Below are positions 38,775 through 51,276 of a stretch of DNA of 64,000 bases, in pieces. Position numbers and translations under genes: made by a program. How positions within the stretch are numbered: the first letter of the stretch is position 1; every line of letters starts with the position of its first letter. This DNA comes from Okamejei kenojei (Eukaryota). Under the pieces are notes generated by a model that was not told where the DNA came from, searched no databases, and was given only the letters and a program-made list of their open reading frames with translations. The stretch is taken from positions 71,548,001-71,612,000 of the forward strand of contig CM069138.1 in the NCBI GenBank assembly GCA_035221665.1. The letters are read 5' to 3'.

Positions 38775-40734
38775 TGGATAAGAATATATTGAGTAACATC
38801 ACAACAATAGATTCCACTTTCAATACAATTGTTTCATTATGAATAATAGTTGGCTCTCTAATGGACTATGATGTGCAGGATTTGCTAGCTATACTTTAAC
38901 CCAAGAGGAGTAGGTTAGTGTAAAGGTTTTTGTCAAGGAGTGATTTTGTCAAATTACCCTGTTGTCAGTGTACGGTGTACAGTGTACAATACAGCCAAAA
39001 TATGGGAACAGAAAGAACAATTTCTGATGCTCAGGCTTCCTACACAATTATAGCTGCTATAGTCAGTTTTAAAGTATTTATTCATTTAATTTTGATTGGG
39101 CTAAATTCTGCGAAAGGTTACATCAAGCTCACGGCATTGGATTTATTCTGTCAACATTGCTATCTCCACAGACTGTTAGTTGAACCGATCATCTCATGAG
39201 CAGAACAGTCATGCCTCCTTAATACTGAAATCTGACTGCTGCCACTCGTATCAGATCAGTGGCAACTGTTTTCATTTTGGCTAGCTGGCATGTTTGGAGA
39301 TCTGTCTGACTGCAACCTTAGTTCCTTTGCCCAGGAAAGAAGTCAGTGCACATGTTTCCTACCGTGGTTGAAGTTGTAGCGGCAATGCACACTAACCTTT
39401 TTTTTTTGCTCTTGTGCACAGTTTTTCTCTCTATGGTAGTTCCATTTGGTTCAGGGTAGCATTAACAAATAATTGTTCGCACACTGCCATTTTATGATAG
39501 CGGCAACACCTAGTAAAGACATGCAACAAAATATGGACCACTGTTTTATTTTCTGAAATGCTGTGTAAGTAATGAAAAGAAGCATTTTGAATCTATGTTG
39601 AGTTCATAAAGAATCATATTGGAAGATTAACATTCCAAAGGCTATTTCTATGTTAATTCTGAAAGTGCTATTTAAACAGAATAGTGACAGCAGAATAAGC
39701 TTGGGATAATCATTTTGTACAGCTCTTTATCCAATTCACTTTAGCTTTAATGGTGTCTGTGTCCACAGCCACTTAGGATTTACACAGTTGCCTCATTCCC
39801 GACAACCCCTCGCCAAAATATAAAGTTAACCAGAAGTTAGGTTGATGGCCACATATTAAGCATTGTGACTTTTATGTGCCCATTCCTTGCCGAGTATTAT
39901 TGGAAATATTAAATGTTTTACATTTGGACCAGTAGACTTCAAGCTTTACAGGATGATAAATAGTCCACAAGTGCATTTCTGTTCAATGCTTCCCACCCAT
40001 ACATTAATGGGACAGCCTTGCTGTAACAGAATTAGTAAATATTGATTGGGGAAGACATATTGAGAATAATGGCCACAACAACCCAGTGGTCGAGTGATAA
40101 GAATTTAGAGGTTGCAGGTTAGAGCCCTAGGGCCACCCGACACTTGAATTTCTTCAGCCTCAAGTGTGATGCATTTTGTCAGTTTCTGTCAGGGCCACAA
40201 GAAACACAGCTTCTCAATGTCTGAGGAGAGACAATAAACACATTATCCTAATCCCCCATTTGTAAACATTTTTCTTCCTGTTGATTTACAAACTAAGGGA
40301 TGAAGAGGGCCAAGGCAAAAGGTACAATTAAGGTGAGGCAGGTCACATGAGTAAATTCCACTCTCAATGTAGGAGAGTCAGCATGAATGTGTAGTCAGCA
40401 AGAACTCGCACAAGATGATAAAAGTTTCATCTCTGCAGCACAACATAAAATAGAGGACTCTGCGGATAGAAATACATGCAGATCATCACAATCACCAGAG
40501 GCTCATTGAACTGATGGATGGTGAGATGAGAACAGCTGACTTCTGCCTCTGTGCATGCTTACCTTTGGCACCAAAAGCAACAGTCCTGAAAATCTGCTTG
40601 TCAATTCACACACGTCATTTGTTTGTACATTATTATCTTTTTCTGTAAAACTACATTTAAATTTAAACAAAGATCATGGAAAGTAATAAAAACAATGTTC
40701 TTAACTGGGACTTCACTCCACTCTGTCTCCATTT

Positions 40735-41042
40735 GATTGACTCACTGGAGAGAATAGTGCCTACTTTCTTCTGGCTTCACAATTCACTACTCTTCAATCC
40801 TGACTCACGCCTTCTGCTTTTATCTCTGCCCTTTGTGCCTATCAAAAACCCCTCACCTGCATCCACTGCTTTGTCTTGTCTCTCCCTTCTTCTAGCTTTC
40901 TTCTCCCCCCACATACAATTAGTCTCGACCCAAAACATCACCTATCCATGTTCTCCAGAGATGCTGCCTGACCCGCTGAGTTACTCTCACACTTTGTATC
41001 CTTTTGTATATTAACCAGCAGCTGCAGTTCCTAGTTTCTACA
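40735..41042 (+). mobile_element. Penelope-like 3' fragment
   Basis: gtctcgacccaaaacatcacctatccatgttctccagagatgctgcctgacccgctgagttactc...ccagcagctgcagttcct. Confidence 0.7.
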
Positions 41043-41625
41043 TAGTATGATATGCTGACATGGTAGGCAACACTACCAACCAGGGATGAATTTCTAGGCA
41101 GTTTGCATTAGATTTAGGTGAGATTTTTGCTGGCCTTTTATCTGGTAAAACTGTAATTAGTGAAAATCCTCCCTCCAAACAAATTCTCAAACAGACAATG
41201 TTTAATGGTGTGAGAAGAGGTGCTCAACTTACTATTTATTAATTGATAACATAAATTGACTAATGATCATCCACTTGATTAAAGGGTTGACTGTCATGCT
41301 TGTTTATTGTCTTGGTATTCATTGTGTTTCACAATTAATCAGTGGCGTAAATTGAAATAATTGCACTGTTCATAAGTATTAAATTAACCACTTTGTGTGT
41401 ATGTTGAAATCTATTTACCCTTACCCTGCTGAACCCAAACAAATTAGGGGCACCTCCTCAAAGGGTAATGTGTAATGGCCACAACAAGAGCTGTCTTCAT
41501 CTAGAAGAGCTACCATTCATCAAATATAATTACAACTTAAAATAAGTGATGTTTATCTCCCAAAACCGACTGATTTCATATTGCAGATGAAGAGAGAAAG
41601 CAATTTAGTTGACAGAGCCATTAAG

Positions 41626-41830
41626 TGTCATAGAGTCATATAGCATGGAAACAGACCCTTTGGCCCAGCTGGCCCATTGCCCTATCTGCACTAGTTTCAC
41701 CTGTCTGCATTTGGCCCATATCCCTCCGACCCATTCCTATCCATGTACCAGTCTAAATGTCTTATAAATGTTGTTCTAATTTCTACCCTGTGTGAGAACG
41801 TTGCCCCTCAGATTCCGATTAAATCTTTCC
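41626..41830 (-). mobile_element. CR1 LINE 3' fragment
   Basis: gtcatagagtcatatagcatggaaacagaccctttggccc...tttggcccatatccctc is the reversed CR1 3' end. Confidence 0.75.
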
Positions 41831-42597
41831 CCTCATCATCTTCAGATGAATTGATGAGTTGAACTTGCTTTCAAAATAGATTTGATGAGTGACGTCAGGA
41901 AACCAATGCTGCAAGGATGAAATCATTTTCAGAAGTAGGCTTCTTCTGCATAGCTTGAGATGGCTCCCAAGTATTCTGGATTTATTGGCATGAGCAGATT
42001 GACCCAGAGGTCTGGTGAAGATATGGAAACTCATCATGGTGTCATTCCAGAAGTTGATGATGAGCTGCAATACCAGATTGCTTTTCTAACTTAACAACAT
42101 TTCTCATTTTAGTGTTCTATCATATGGACCATACAAATATACTACTTAGTTCATTCATTTTATCTGACAATTGGAATTGAGTTTGTGCAATCTTTATATT
42201 ACCAGCTCTTCAATATCCTTTGATGGTTGAGCCCGGCCAGGGGCACATGGATTTGTAGAGGCTTCTTTTGAACAGTGCATAGCTTCCTTATGCCGACAGA
42301 ATGTGCATCCATTTACAGCCTCCTCCGAGACTTGTCAAGGGAATCTTTGCAATGAGTCCCATCTATCTTCTGCAAAATTCTTTTTTATTCCCATTTGTTC
42401 TTAGGAAGTGTGTATCACTGGTGGAATCAGCATGCATTACTCATCAATAGTTGTCCTGAAAAAATGCTAAACCGCTGAATGACTTCAAGGTCACTTCACA
42501 GGTCAGTTAAGAGTCGGCAACAATGGTATGGGGTTGGAGTCACTTACAGTACAGGACAGTTGAGGATACTAGTGAGCCAGTTGGATTTTTTAAAAGG

Positions 42598-42750
42598 AAG
42601 ACACAAATAACGGCAAACTCAGCACGTCAGGCAGTATCTGTGGAGAGAATGGACAGGTGACATTTGATGTCAGGACCCACCTTCAATTGCTCTGAGCATC
42701 CCTTTCACAGATGTGACCTGACCCACTGATTTCCTTCAGCAATTGGTATT
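42598..42750. mobile_element. Degenerate inverted Penelope terminal-repeat pair
   Basis: Minus copy gacacaaa...aactcagcacgtcaggcagtatctgtggagagaatggacaggtgacattt, then plus copy cacagatgtgacctgacccactgatttccttcagca. Confidence 0.55.
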
Positions 42751-43517
42751 TCTAAAATATACTCTTTTACCTCCTTGGTCATTATATATTTCCATATAAA
42801 AAAAAATGTCAAGCTTCAATGGTTATATTTAATACCATGTTTTATTCCACATTTTATATTTTCCTGATTTCCTGACTGGCTTTCATTTTTTAATAGCTCT
42901 GACTGTATCGCAGGCAGGTGGACTAATGTTGTTGGTCACCCTGGGCAAGATGGGCCGAAGGGTCTGTTTCCACACAATATGACTCTATGGCACTCTATCA
43001 CTCTACCCTAGACTAATAACACCAATGCAACGTTACCACAGAGCTGGGTGGCAGTTACAAATACCTCTTGTTGCAATGAAGGACAGGGGATATCTGAGCC
43101 TCCTTATATGTATATATGTAGGTGCCTGAGCCAGGGCTTCTGGATAACAGTTTTATCATCAGGTCCCTGTGGTAAGCTTTAACTGTCAGTTTTGTGCCTT
43201 CTCGCGAAGGGATGATACATACACTGGTGTCAATAAAAACGATTTTAAAAAAAACAGGTTTCCCTTGATCTAATCAGCATCATAAAATATATAACCCTTT
43301 GATACGTTTAAGACCTTCAGTCAAACAATTGCTCATCTACAATGGTGTCCTTTGATTGTTTTACAATAACTTTCTGTTTTATCTGCCATGGCTAAACAAA
43401 TTCTAATTGCAACAGTATTTTGTTAGAGTAAATGCCCAATTTGTGCAACCAATTATCATTAATGTATCACCTTGTACAATATCTGGAACATATTGATGAA
43501 GAATCTGGAGTGTCTAT

Positions 43518-43605
43518 TGAAGGGCCCCTAGTCGAAATTTCAACTATCCATGTTCTCCAGGGCTACAGCCAGACCCGCTGAGTTACTCCAGCATTTTGTG
43601 TCTTT
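43518..43605 (+). mobile_element. Short Penelope terminal fragment
   Basis: tgaagggcccctagtcgaaatttcaactatccatgttctccagggctacagccagacccgctgagttactccagcattttgtgtc. Confidence 0.7.
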
Positions 43606-45232
43606 GAAAAATATTGGATGTGTACTTGGTATCATTTCCAGTATCTATGTCTCATAAAAGGCAGTTTCTTTGAAACAAGTACTGTGTCATGGAGCAGACT
43701 GGTTAAAATCCAATCCTGGCTGATTCTGCCCTCTGAGTAGGAATCCTTTAGTTTTATTTATACACACATATGGTAGAGTGAGATAATCTACTGCTAGTGA
43801 AAATGACAGCATTACCTGGAAAGCAGAATGTGACAGTAAGATGAAGGAATTTACTCTAGCAGAAGTCTTTATTACCCTGGGCAATAATGTATCATGCAAA
43901 CAGTGTTAGAGTAGAGACAGGTGATATGTACCCAATGGATTCAAGACAAACTACATGCGTAATCACTTTCAAATCTATCAGGAAATGGAGTTTTGACCAG
44001 AGAGGACCATTTCCAAGAATTTAGTCCTGGTAAAAGACCACCTTATTACTTGTTGGATTACAAAAACACAAATTTACAACATGCACTGCACCTCACACAT
44101 TGTTTCCATGGTTTTTCTTTCCATTTCATATAGCTAACTGTTTTAAATTCAATGGTATTTACGTTCATAACTTTTCCTTTCGGCTTTCTGTCTAAAATTG
44201 CTTCTTGAATTAGGAAATGCTGTTCAAATTGCCTTTTTATTTTCCTGCTATAAAAATATAATTCCCCTATAATGCTAAAACAAGTAATATCCCGCTTTTT
44301 TTTTTATTGCTGCTGTATTGAAACTACAGCAGTCCAAGCTACTAAAATACAGTATATTGCCGGCGCTTCACACCACTTGTAATATAAGTACTGCCAGTGT
44401 GGCATCCCACTTAATGCAGTTTTTTTTAAAGCTCGACAGTTAAAGAGGCAAGCTTTCCATTTTCAACAAACTATAAAGTGAAGCTCTGGTGGCAACTGTT
44501 TGCATTAAGTGGAAGACTCAGCAATATGATATATGCTAAGTGACCCTTGCTGTATGTACACTGCCCTGACACCCTAAGCCCCAGTATAATTCAAGAGAGC
44601 AATGTAAATCTCACTCCCTGCTGGGACCCCCATGATAGTACACCAGAAAGTTCAAAGCACAAGTCATTTCAGGCAATAGAACTGCAACCTTTGTAAAATG
44701 CATGCTCAAAAATATTTGAATTTGAGACTACAGTTGGATTGAAATAAATACAATGGCCTAGAAATTTGAATGCACGGTAATAGAGTAACTGATGTGCAGA
44801 AAAAAATGTGATGTGATATTAACCAATTTTGCATATATTTGTCAGAGACTTAACATCAATCCGTAAAACCGTGTAAACTTCTTGTTATGAGAATTATATG
44901 TAGCCTAGACCTCTTTTTGTTTTCTACAGTCCAGATCACTCAAGTGACGGCAATAACGGTGTAACCTCCAAAATTTGTTCTTGATGAGACATTGCATCAC
45001 ATTGAATTTAATAGTGACTGCTTCATTCCTAGGAATAACAGCTTTTAATACTGCTGAAGGTTGAACATGAATATAATTTAAATAAATGGTCAAAAACATT
45101 TCTCCCACAGACAGGTAGCGTACAGTTCATCTCACTACAAAAACAAATCTAAAATAGACTTCTACAAACCGGGATTACAGTCAATGACTGGGATCACCGT
45201 CACTTCCCCAAACTGGAATCCCAGACTCTTAT

Positions 45233-45382
45233 AAGAGTCAGACACATACAGCACCCTTCAGCCCTTCTTTCCCTTAATGACCAAATTATCCCATCTACAC
45301 TAGCCACACCTGTCTGCGTTTGACCCATATCCCTCTAAACCTTTCTGATCCATGTACCTGCCCAAATGTATTTTAAGTTGAT
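45233..45382 (-). mobile_element. CR1 LINE 3' fragment
   Basis: gtttgacccatatccctctaaacctttctgatccatgtacctgcccaaatg. Confidence 0.7.
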
Positions 45383-45618
45383 TTTACCAGGTTCCCCTCA
45401 GAATTAAGAGGCCAGAAATTCTCAAAGAAATCCTGCAAAAAGAATGTAGCTGTGTGTCAGTCTGATGTACTGTGTGTGGGGGAGGGGCGGGGGGGGACGG
45501 GGAAAGGACATCTGACAGAAGAGGTGCCACCAATACCCATCCCCACCCAGACTTCATAGGGACAAATCCCAAATTACTGATTACTGCAACAATAATGTCA
45601 CTGCAGGATATGCATCCT

Positions 45619-45880
45619 GGGGGGCATAAATTTAAGGTGAGAAGGGAAAGATTTTGAGTGAATCTGAGGGTCATCTTTTCACACATAGGATGATGGGTAT
45701 ATGGAACAAGTGCAGAGGAGGTGGTAGAGTTGGGTACAATTACAATGTTTAAAAGATATTTGGATAGGCACATGGAAAGGAGAGTTTTAGAGACATAATG
45801 GGTTTAACTTAGATAGACATCTTGGTTGGCATGGATGAGGTGAGATGATGGAACTTTTTTTCCATGCTGTATAACTATGA
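45619..45880 (+). mobile_element. CR1 LINE 3' fragment
   Basis: Encodes GHKFKVRRERF...; aaaagatatttggataggcacatgga; ctgtataactatga tail. Confidence 0.75.
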
Positions 45881-45909
45881 ATCTCATTCACAACTGTGCT
45901 CTAAAGATT

Positions 45910-46177
45910 TCAAAAGTATTTTATTGCCACGTGTACCAATTAAGGTACAGTGATATGCAAATTAACATACAGTTGTACTAAAGAAAAGCAACAACACAAC
46001 TACATAAAAGTTAACATAAACATCCGCCACAGCGGATTCCCCACATTCGTCTTTGTGATGGAAGGTAATAAAGTCCAATCTTCTTCCTCTTTATTCTCCC
46101 GCTGTCAGGGCAGTTGAGCCATCTGTCGGGGCGATCGAAGTTCCTGCGACTTGGAGCTCCCAAAGTCGGTCTCTGAC
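45910..46177 (-). mobile_element. Unclassified retroposon 3' fragment
   Basis: ttttattgccacgtgtaccaattaaggtacagtga resembles the tail family at 47996 and 31258; CpG-rich end. Confidence 0.45.
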
Positions 46178-46556
46178 TTATTGAAACATATAAGATTATT
46201 AAGGGTTTGGACACACTAGAGGAAAGAAACATGTTCCCGATGTTGGGAGAGTCCAGAGCCAGGGCTACAGTTTAAGAATAAGGGGTAAGCCATTTAGAAC
46301 GGAGATGATGAAACAGTTTTTCTCGCAGAGAGTTGTGAGTCTGTGGAATCCTCTGCCTCAGAGGGCGGTGGAGGCCGGTTCTCTGGATACTTTCAAGAGA
46401 GAGCTAGATAGGACTCTTAAAGATAGCGGAGTCGGGGGATATGGGGAGAAGGCAGGAACGGGGTACTGATTGGGGATGATCAGCCATGATCACATTGAAT
46501 GGCGGTGCTGGCTCGAAGGGCAAAATGGCCTACTCCTGCACCTATTGTCTATTGTC
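46178..46556 (+). mobile_element. Young CR1 LINE 3' end
   Basis: Encodes LIETYKIIKGLDTLEERNMFPMLGESRARGYSLRIRG...GYGEKAGTGY*, with (ctattgt)n tail and many retained CpGs. Confidence 0.9.
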
Positions 46557-47938
46557 GTGATTTTAAGCTATTTAAAATAGTATCGAGGAGACTGCGATCA
46601 TCATTTTAATGTTGGAGAAACAGTGCAGGTAAAGTTCTAGGTCAATGTTTTATTTTACTCAAGGATGGTCAAACGTTTTAGGCTTCCTACAGTATGTCTA
46701 CCCATGAGAAAAAAACATGTACATATTGTGTAAAATACATTTTTACTGTCGTAGTTGACTTTCTTTTCAGACTGCAGGTCTGCAGTGCCACCAGACTCGT
46801 ATTTTGTAAAATTAAAATGCAATATTTAAAATCCACAATTTGAATCAACTATAGAACATAATACCATTTTTAATAGCCTTTGCCTCCAACAATGTGAGAG
46901 AGAGTGATAAGTCTTGGATGCTTTATCGTCCAAAGTAAATTGAAGGTTTTATTGTTGAGTATTCTAGTTCAACATAGCGCACATTTTAACCTGAAATGTA
47001 TGACCATAAACTTCATCATGTCGGTACTGTCACTAGGGAATGTTTAGCAATCTCTGCTTGAACAGGCAACATAGGTTGTGGTGTTTTGTTTTATTGGTGA
47101 GGGATAATTCATTGAAATGTTCTAATTATTGATTGTGCTGCAATATTCTTAAAATGTCACTCATTCTGTTGAATGTAAATGGAAAACAATAACAAATCAG
47201 GAGATTTTTTTTTAAAAAGCAAGAAATGTATATATTATTCATTAAGATATATTTGTAGACAGACACAAGTTGACCACAATCCTGAAAGAAATTATGTGAG
47301 GTATATTGAATAAAAATTGAACATGATTTTTAAAAAAAGGAATAGTAATTTCAGAAGGTGGGACAGGGTTGACATCTGGTAGTTCCAAAGCCACTGCAGT
47401 AAAGCCCCTGGTCACAGAGGCAAGCTGTTTCTGCTATCCATAGATTTTCTCCCAAAGGGAGATGATCACCCTCCGGGGAAGGGAAATGAGGACAAAATTA
47501 ACAAAGACATGGAAGATGCTGGATTTGCTAAATTGTTCCATTTGAAAAATAAGTTAGTTAAAGATGATAACACACATGTGTAATGTTGCATTATTCCATG
47601 TGCAAAATAACAACACGCAAGTTAGCGTGTCAGTTGGGCACGGAGCAGTATCTGCCGCTGCTTGTTGATTATAAATTGTACGAGATGCCTTGCAGGATTC
47701 CATGTGACCTATGAAATTTTTAAAAAGCCTTGTTTCATCCGTGTGCCTCTTGTAAAATGGATAATTAAAAAAAATAAACCAGATGAGCATTTTTCACTCT
47801 GCTGTATCAGATCAAAGGAGCAATGTGAAACCATTTAATCAAATATGTTAAAATAAAGCTGCCTGCTAAAACCTATTTGCTTCCAAATCTTCCTGTTCAT
47901 TTTGTCTGACAGGGAGGCAGTTGTTATGAAATATATAT

Positions 47939-48161
47939 AATATTTTTCTCCGTGCAAATGTTGTTGTGACTGTCAAGTTTTAATATAGTAGATCTAGTTT
48001 CAGTTTAGCTTATTGTCATGTGTACTGAGGTACAGTGAAAAGCTTTTGTTGCATGCTATCGAGACATCAGAAAGACAAGGCATGACCTAAAAACTGATGT
48101 AAAGCCAAGATCTACTGTATTAAAATTTGAAAGTCACAACATTTGCACGGAAAAAAATATT
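47939..48161. repeat. Inverted repeat (~55-bp arms) bracketing a retroposon tail fragment
   Basis: 47939-47995 versus the reverse complement of 48108-48161: one 3-bp indel and about 4 substitutions. Both inner ends are AGATCT. Confidence 0.85.
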
Positions 48162-48829
48162 CATAGTCAAATTACAATACACTGAAAAAAATGATAAATA
48201 TATTTTAAAAATATATATAGTATCTTTTATAACAAAATAAGAATGATTCCTAAAGATATGAAATCTTAATAAATATTTAGGAAACTGATTTTGAAAGCCT
48301 ATGAGAAAAGTTGAGTTTAGGAGTTTGGGAATGAAGATGGAAGGTGTATCACAATGTACTTGGTTAGTGCCTGTTCAATATATTGTAGGTGGTATGCTCG
48401 CCTCAAATAGTCTGTTAACTGAGCTATTCATTAGGAGGATGCTTCTGCAAGGGTCTAAGCCTATGGTGGAAAGCACTATTTAAAATGAGCTTGCTCTGCT
48501 TGAAGCTTGTCTACCCTAAAGGAAAGGTGCTTTTTTTCTGGATTAAATGCGAGCAGGTCTTCAACAATGGTTGCTTTCTGGGAAACAATGAAGACCAGTG
48601 CCACTTTGGAGAGAGTGGGGTCTCTGAGGTTTGCGAACAGTCTTTCAAAGGTAGCATAGGCAGAGGAATTGGAAATTATGTTTTGGCAGGGGGTTAGGAG
48701 GGCATCAGATACAAAAAGGAAAAATATAATGGGGACAGATAGTCCTGCAGGTTACTCCCAAGATTCAAACCCAAAGACCTAAATGTGGCAAGTTGACATT
48801 TTCATGACCTTATTGTCAAGGTCAGTGAA

Positions 48830-49073
48830 TGCATCTTTAATGTAGCTGTACAGGGCATGTATTTCACAGAGCGAATGGTGAGGGTCTGGAATGCATTGAC
48901 AGGGGTGGTAGCAGATGTATATACAATAGTGGCGTTTAAGAAGCTTTTGGATAGACAGATGGAAGTGCAGAGGGTAGCAGGATATGGGTCATGAATGAGA
49001 TCGGTTTGAACTGGCACAAACATTGTGGGCCAAAGGGCCCATTCTATTGTATTGGTCTATGTTCTATGGTCTA
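48830..49073 (+). mobile_element. CR1 LINE 3' fragment
   Basis: cacagagcgaatggtgagggtctggaatgcattg...gtgggccaaagggccc...ctatgttctatggtctat. Confidence 0.75.
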
Positions 49074-49199
49074 TTTTCAAATGTCATATTCAACAAACTG
49101 CAACACTAGCCTCAGGCACTCCTCTATATACCGCCTACTAACAATCTCCTTAAGACAAGATGCGTATAAATATGAAGGTGGTGAATTCCTGGACGCCAC

Positions 49200-49330
49200 C
49201 ACCCAGGGAAAACCCATGCAGTCACAGGGAGAACATACAAACTCGATGCAGATAACACCCATTGTCAGGTTCGAACCTGGGTCTCTGGCGCTCTGAGGCA
49301 GCAACTCTACCACTGCGTCACTGTGCCGCC
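49200..49330 (-). mobile_element. tRNA-SINE 5' part
   Basis: gtcaggttcgaacctgggtctctggcgctctgaggcagcaactctaccactgcgtcactgtgccgcc is the reversed tRNA-like head. Confidence 0.85.
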
Positions 49331-49647
49331 AACGAAATAGAAATGGTAATAAAAGCAATTGCTCATGCCTGTTTTGCCAGTCAAACATTTCCTTCACATA
49401 TACAAAAAAATCTATCAGCTTCCTTCTTGTTATCGAGATTTGCCCAGTTCTTTAGACCTCTGCTAATTGTCCCAGTCCTGTTGCACATAGATTGCTAAAG
49501 CCCACAGAGTAATTGCAAAGCTTGAGGGCCGCAGACTAAGATTTCAGCAATATTCACGGCAGACAGAGCACGTCTCCAAAACATCAAACACTTGTAGGAT
49601 TACAGTAATGACAAGAAGGAAAAAAAAATGTGATGGTTGGTCACTTT

Positions 49648-49844
49648 TAGAAATATAGAAACATAGAAAATAGGTGCAGGAGTAGGCCATTCGCCCCTTC
49701 GAGCCAGCACAGCCATTCAATATGATCATGGCTGATCATCCTAAATCAGTACCCCCTTCCTGCTTTCTCCCCATATCCCTTGATTCCGTTAGCCCTAAGA
49801 GCTATATCTAACTCTCTCTTAAATACATCCAGTGGGTCGGCCTC
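49648..49844 (-). mobile_element. Young CR1 LINE 3' end
   Basis: atagaaacatagaaaataggtgcaggagtaggccattcgccccttcgagccagc is the reverse complement of the 13787 and 46556 ends. Confidence 0.88.
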
Positions 49845-49957
49845 TGCAATTAAAAAAAAAAAAATAGGACTGAGTAGGTGGTTCATGCTGTTGCATGTTC
49901 AGGGATACCTGCTTAAGAGAGGCTGTAAGCTGGAGCATTGACCTCTAAAACGCATGC

Positions 49958-50003
49958 TGGCAGAAGATCTATGTGGCATGTGGCAGAAGATCTATGTGGC
50001 ATG
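49958..50003. repeat. 23-bp tandem duplication
   Basis: tggcagaagatctatgtggcatg x2. Confidence 0.9.
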
Positions 50004-51276
50004 CCACGAGCAGCCTATACAGCAGGCTGTCAATGAACATACAGTACGTGCATATTAATGCTCTTAACAATGTGGCGTTCAGCACAGTTTGTGCCAAATG
50101 TGTGCCCACATGTTGCAACAGTCAATTGGGCTGTCATGAGTCTATGGGCATTGCCTAAATCCAGTTTTACCCTCTTTGACTTTGAGGATCATTAGAAAGT
50201 CAAATGTCTGGATAGTTCTGGTCCCCACATGATCATACACATTTCTTCCTACATGTCAGGTGCTTTGTGAATCCAGCTCCGTTTCAACAAGATTTGCCAA
50301 TAAAAGTCAGTGCACATAATAGAGTATTAAAGATGTGTTAATCTTTCCCAATAGGAAGTAGCTTTTACCAGGATGTTAATAACATGCTCTGATCAGTAAT
50401 AATGTTAATTGTATAGTTTACTGCTGTGCAGCAGTTAGCATTTCAGGCAGAGGATTTTGAACTACTGAATATATTTTAGCTTGACCTGAAGTATTTATTT
50501 TATTTTTTAAGTGAAAAATTTGTGGAACATTGTTCTGTGCAGGAACATACAGGAATGCTCGAGGGTACACAAAAGGCTGGAGAAACTCAGCCTTTTGTGT
50601 ACCCAGCACCTAAGGAGCGAAGGAGATAGGCGACGTTTCGGGTCGAGATCCTTCTTCAGACTGGTCAGAGATCAGGGAAACGAGAGATATAGGTGATGTG
50701 GAGAGATAAAGAACAATGAATGAAAGATATGCAAAAAAGTATCGATGATGAAGGGAACAAGCCATTGTAAGCTGTTTGTAGTGTGAAAATGAGAAGCTAG
50801 TGCGACTAGGGTAGGGGAGAGATAGAGAGAGAGGGAATGCCAGGGCCCGAGGGCTGAGGGAGAGGTGGGAAGGGGAGGAGACAGCAAGGGTTAACAGAAT
50901 TGAGAAAATTCAATGTTCAAGCCCAGAGGATGCAGACTCCCCAAGCGGAATATGAGGTGCTGTTCCTCCAACTTGCGGTGTTGCTCACTCTGGCCGTGGA
51001 GGAGGCCCAGGACCGAGAGGTCGGATACGGAATGGGAGGGGGAGTTGAAGTGCTGAGCCACCGAGAGGTCGGGTTGGTTAATGCGGACCGAGCGGAGGTG
51101 TTCGGCGAAACGATCGCCAAACCTCCGCTTGGTCTTACCGATATAGATCATCTGGCATCTGGAGCAGCGGATGCAGTAGATGAGGTTGGAGGAGGTGGAG
51201 GGACAAGTGTAGCATTTCTGAGTGGAGGGCGGAGGTGAAGGGACAAGTGTAGCACCTCCCGGTGGCTCAGAAAATT

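Noticed and set aside
44406-44512. 12-bp inverted repeat CCACTTAATGCA/TGCATTAAGTGG
   Set aside because: It may be an ancient MITE remnant, but the pairing does not extend convincingly and there is no TSD.
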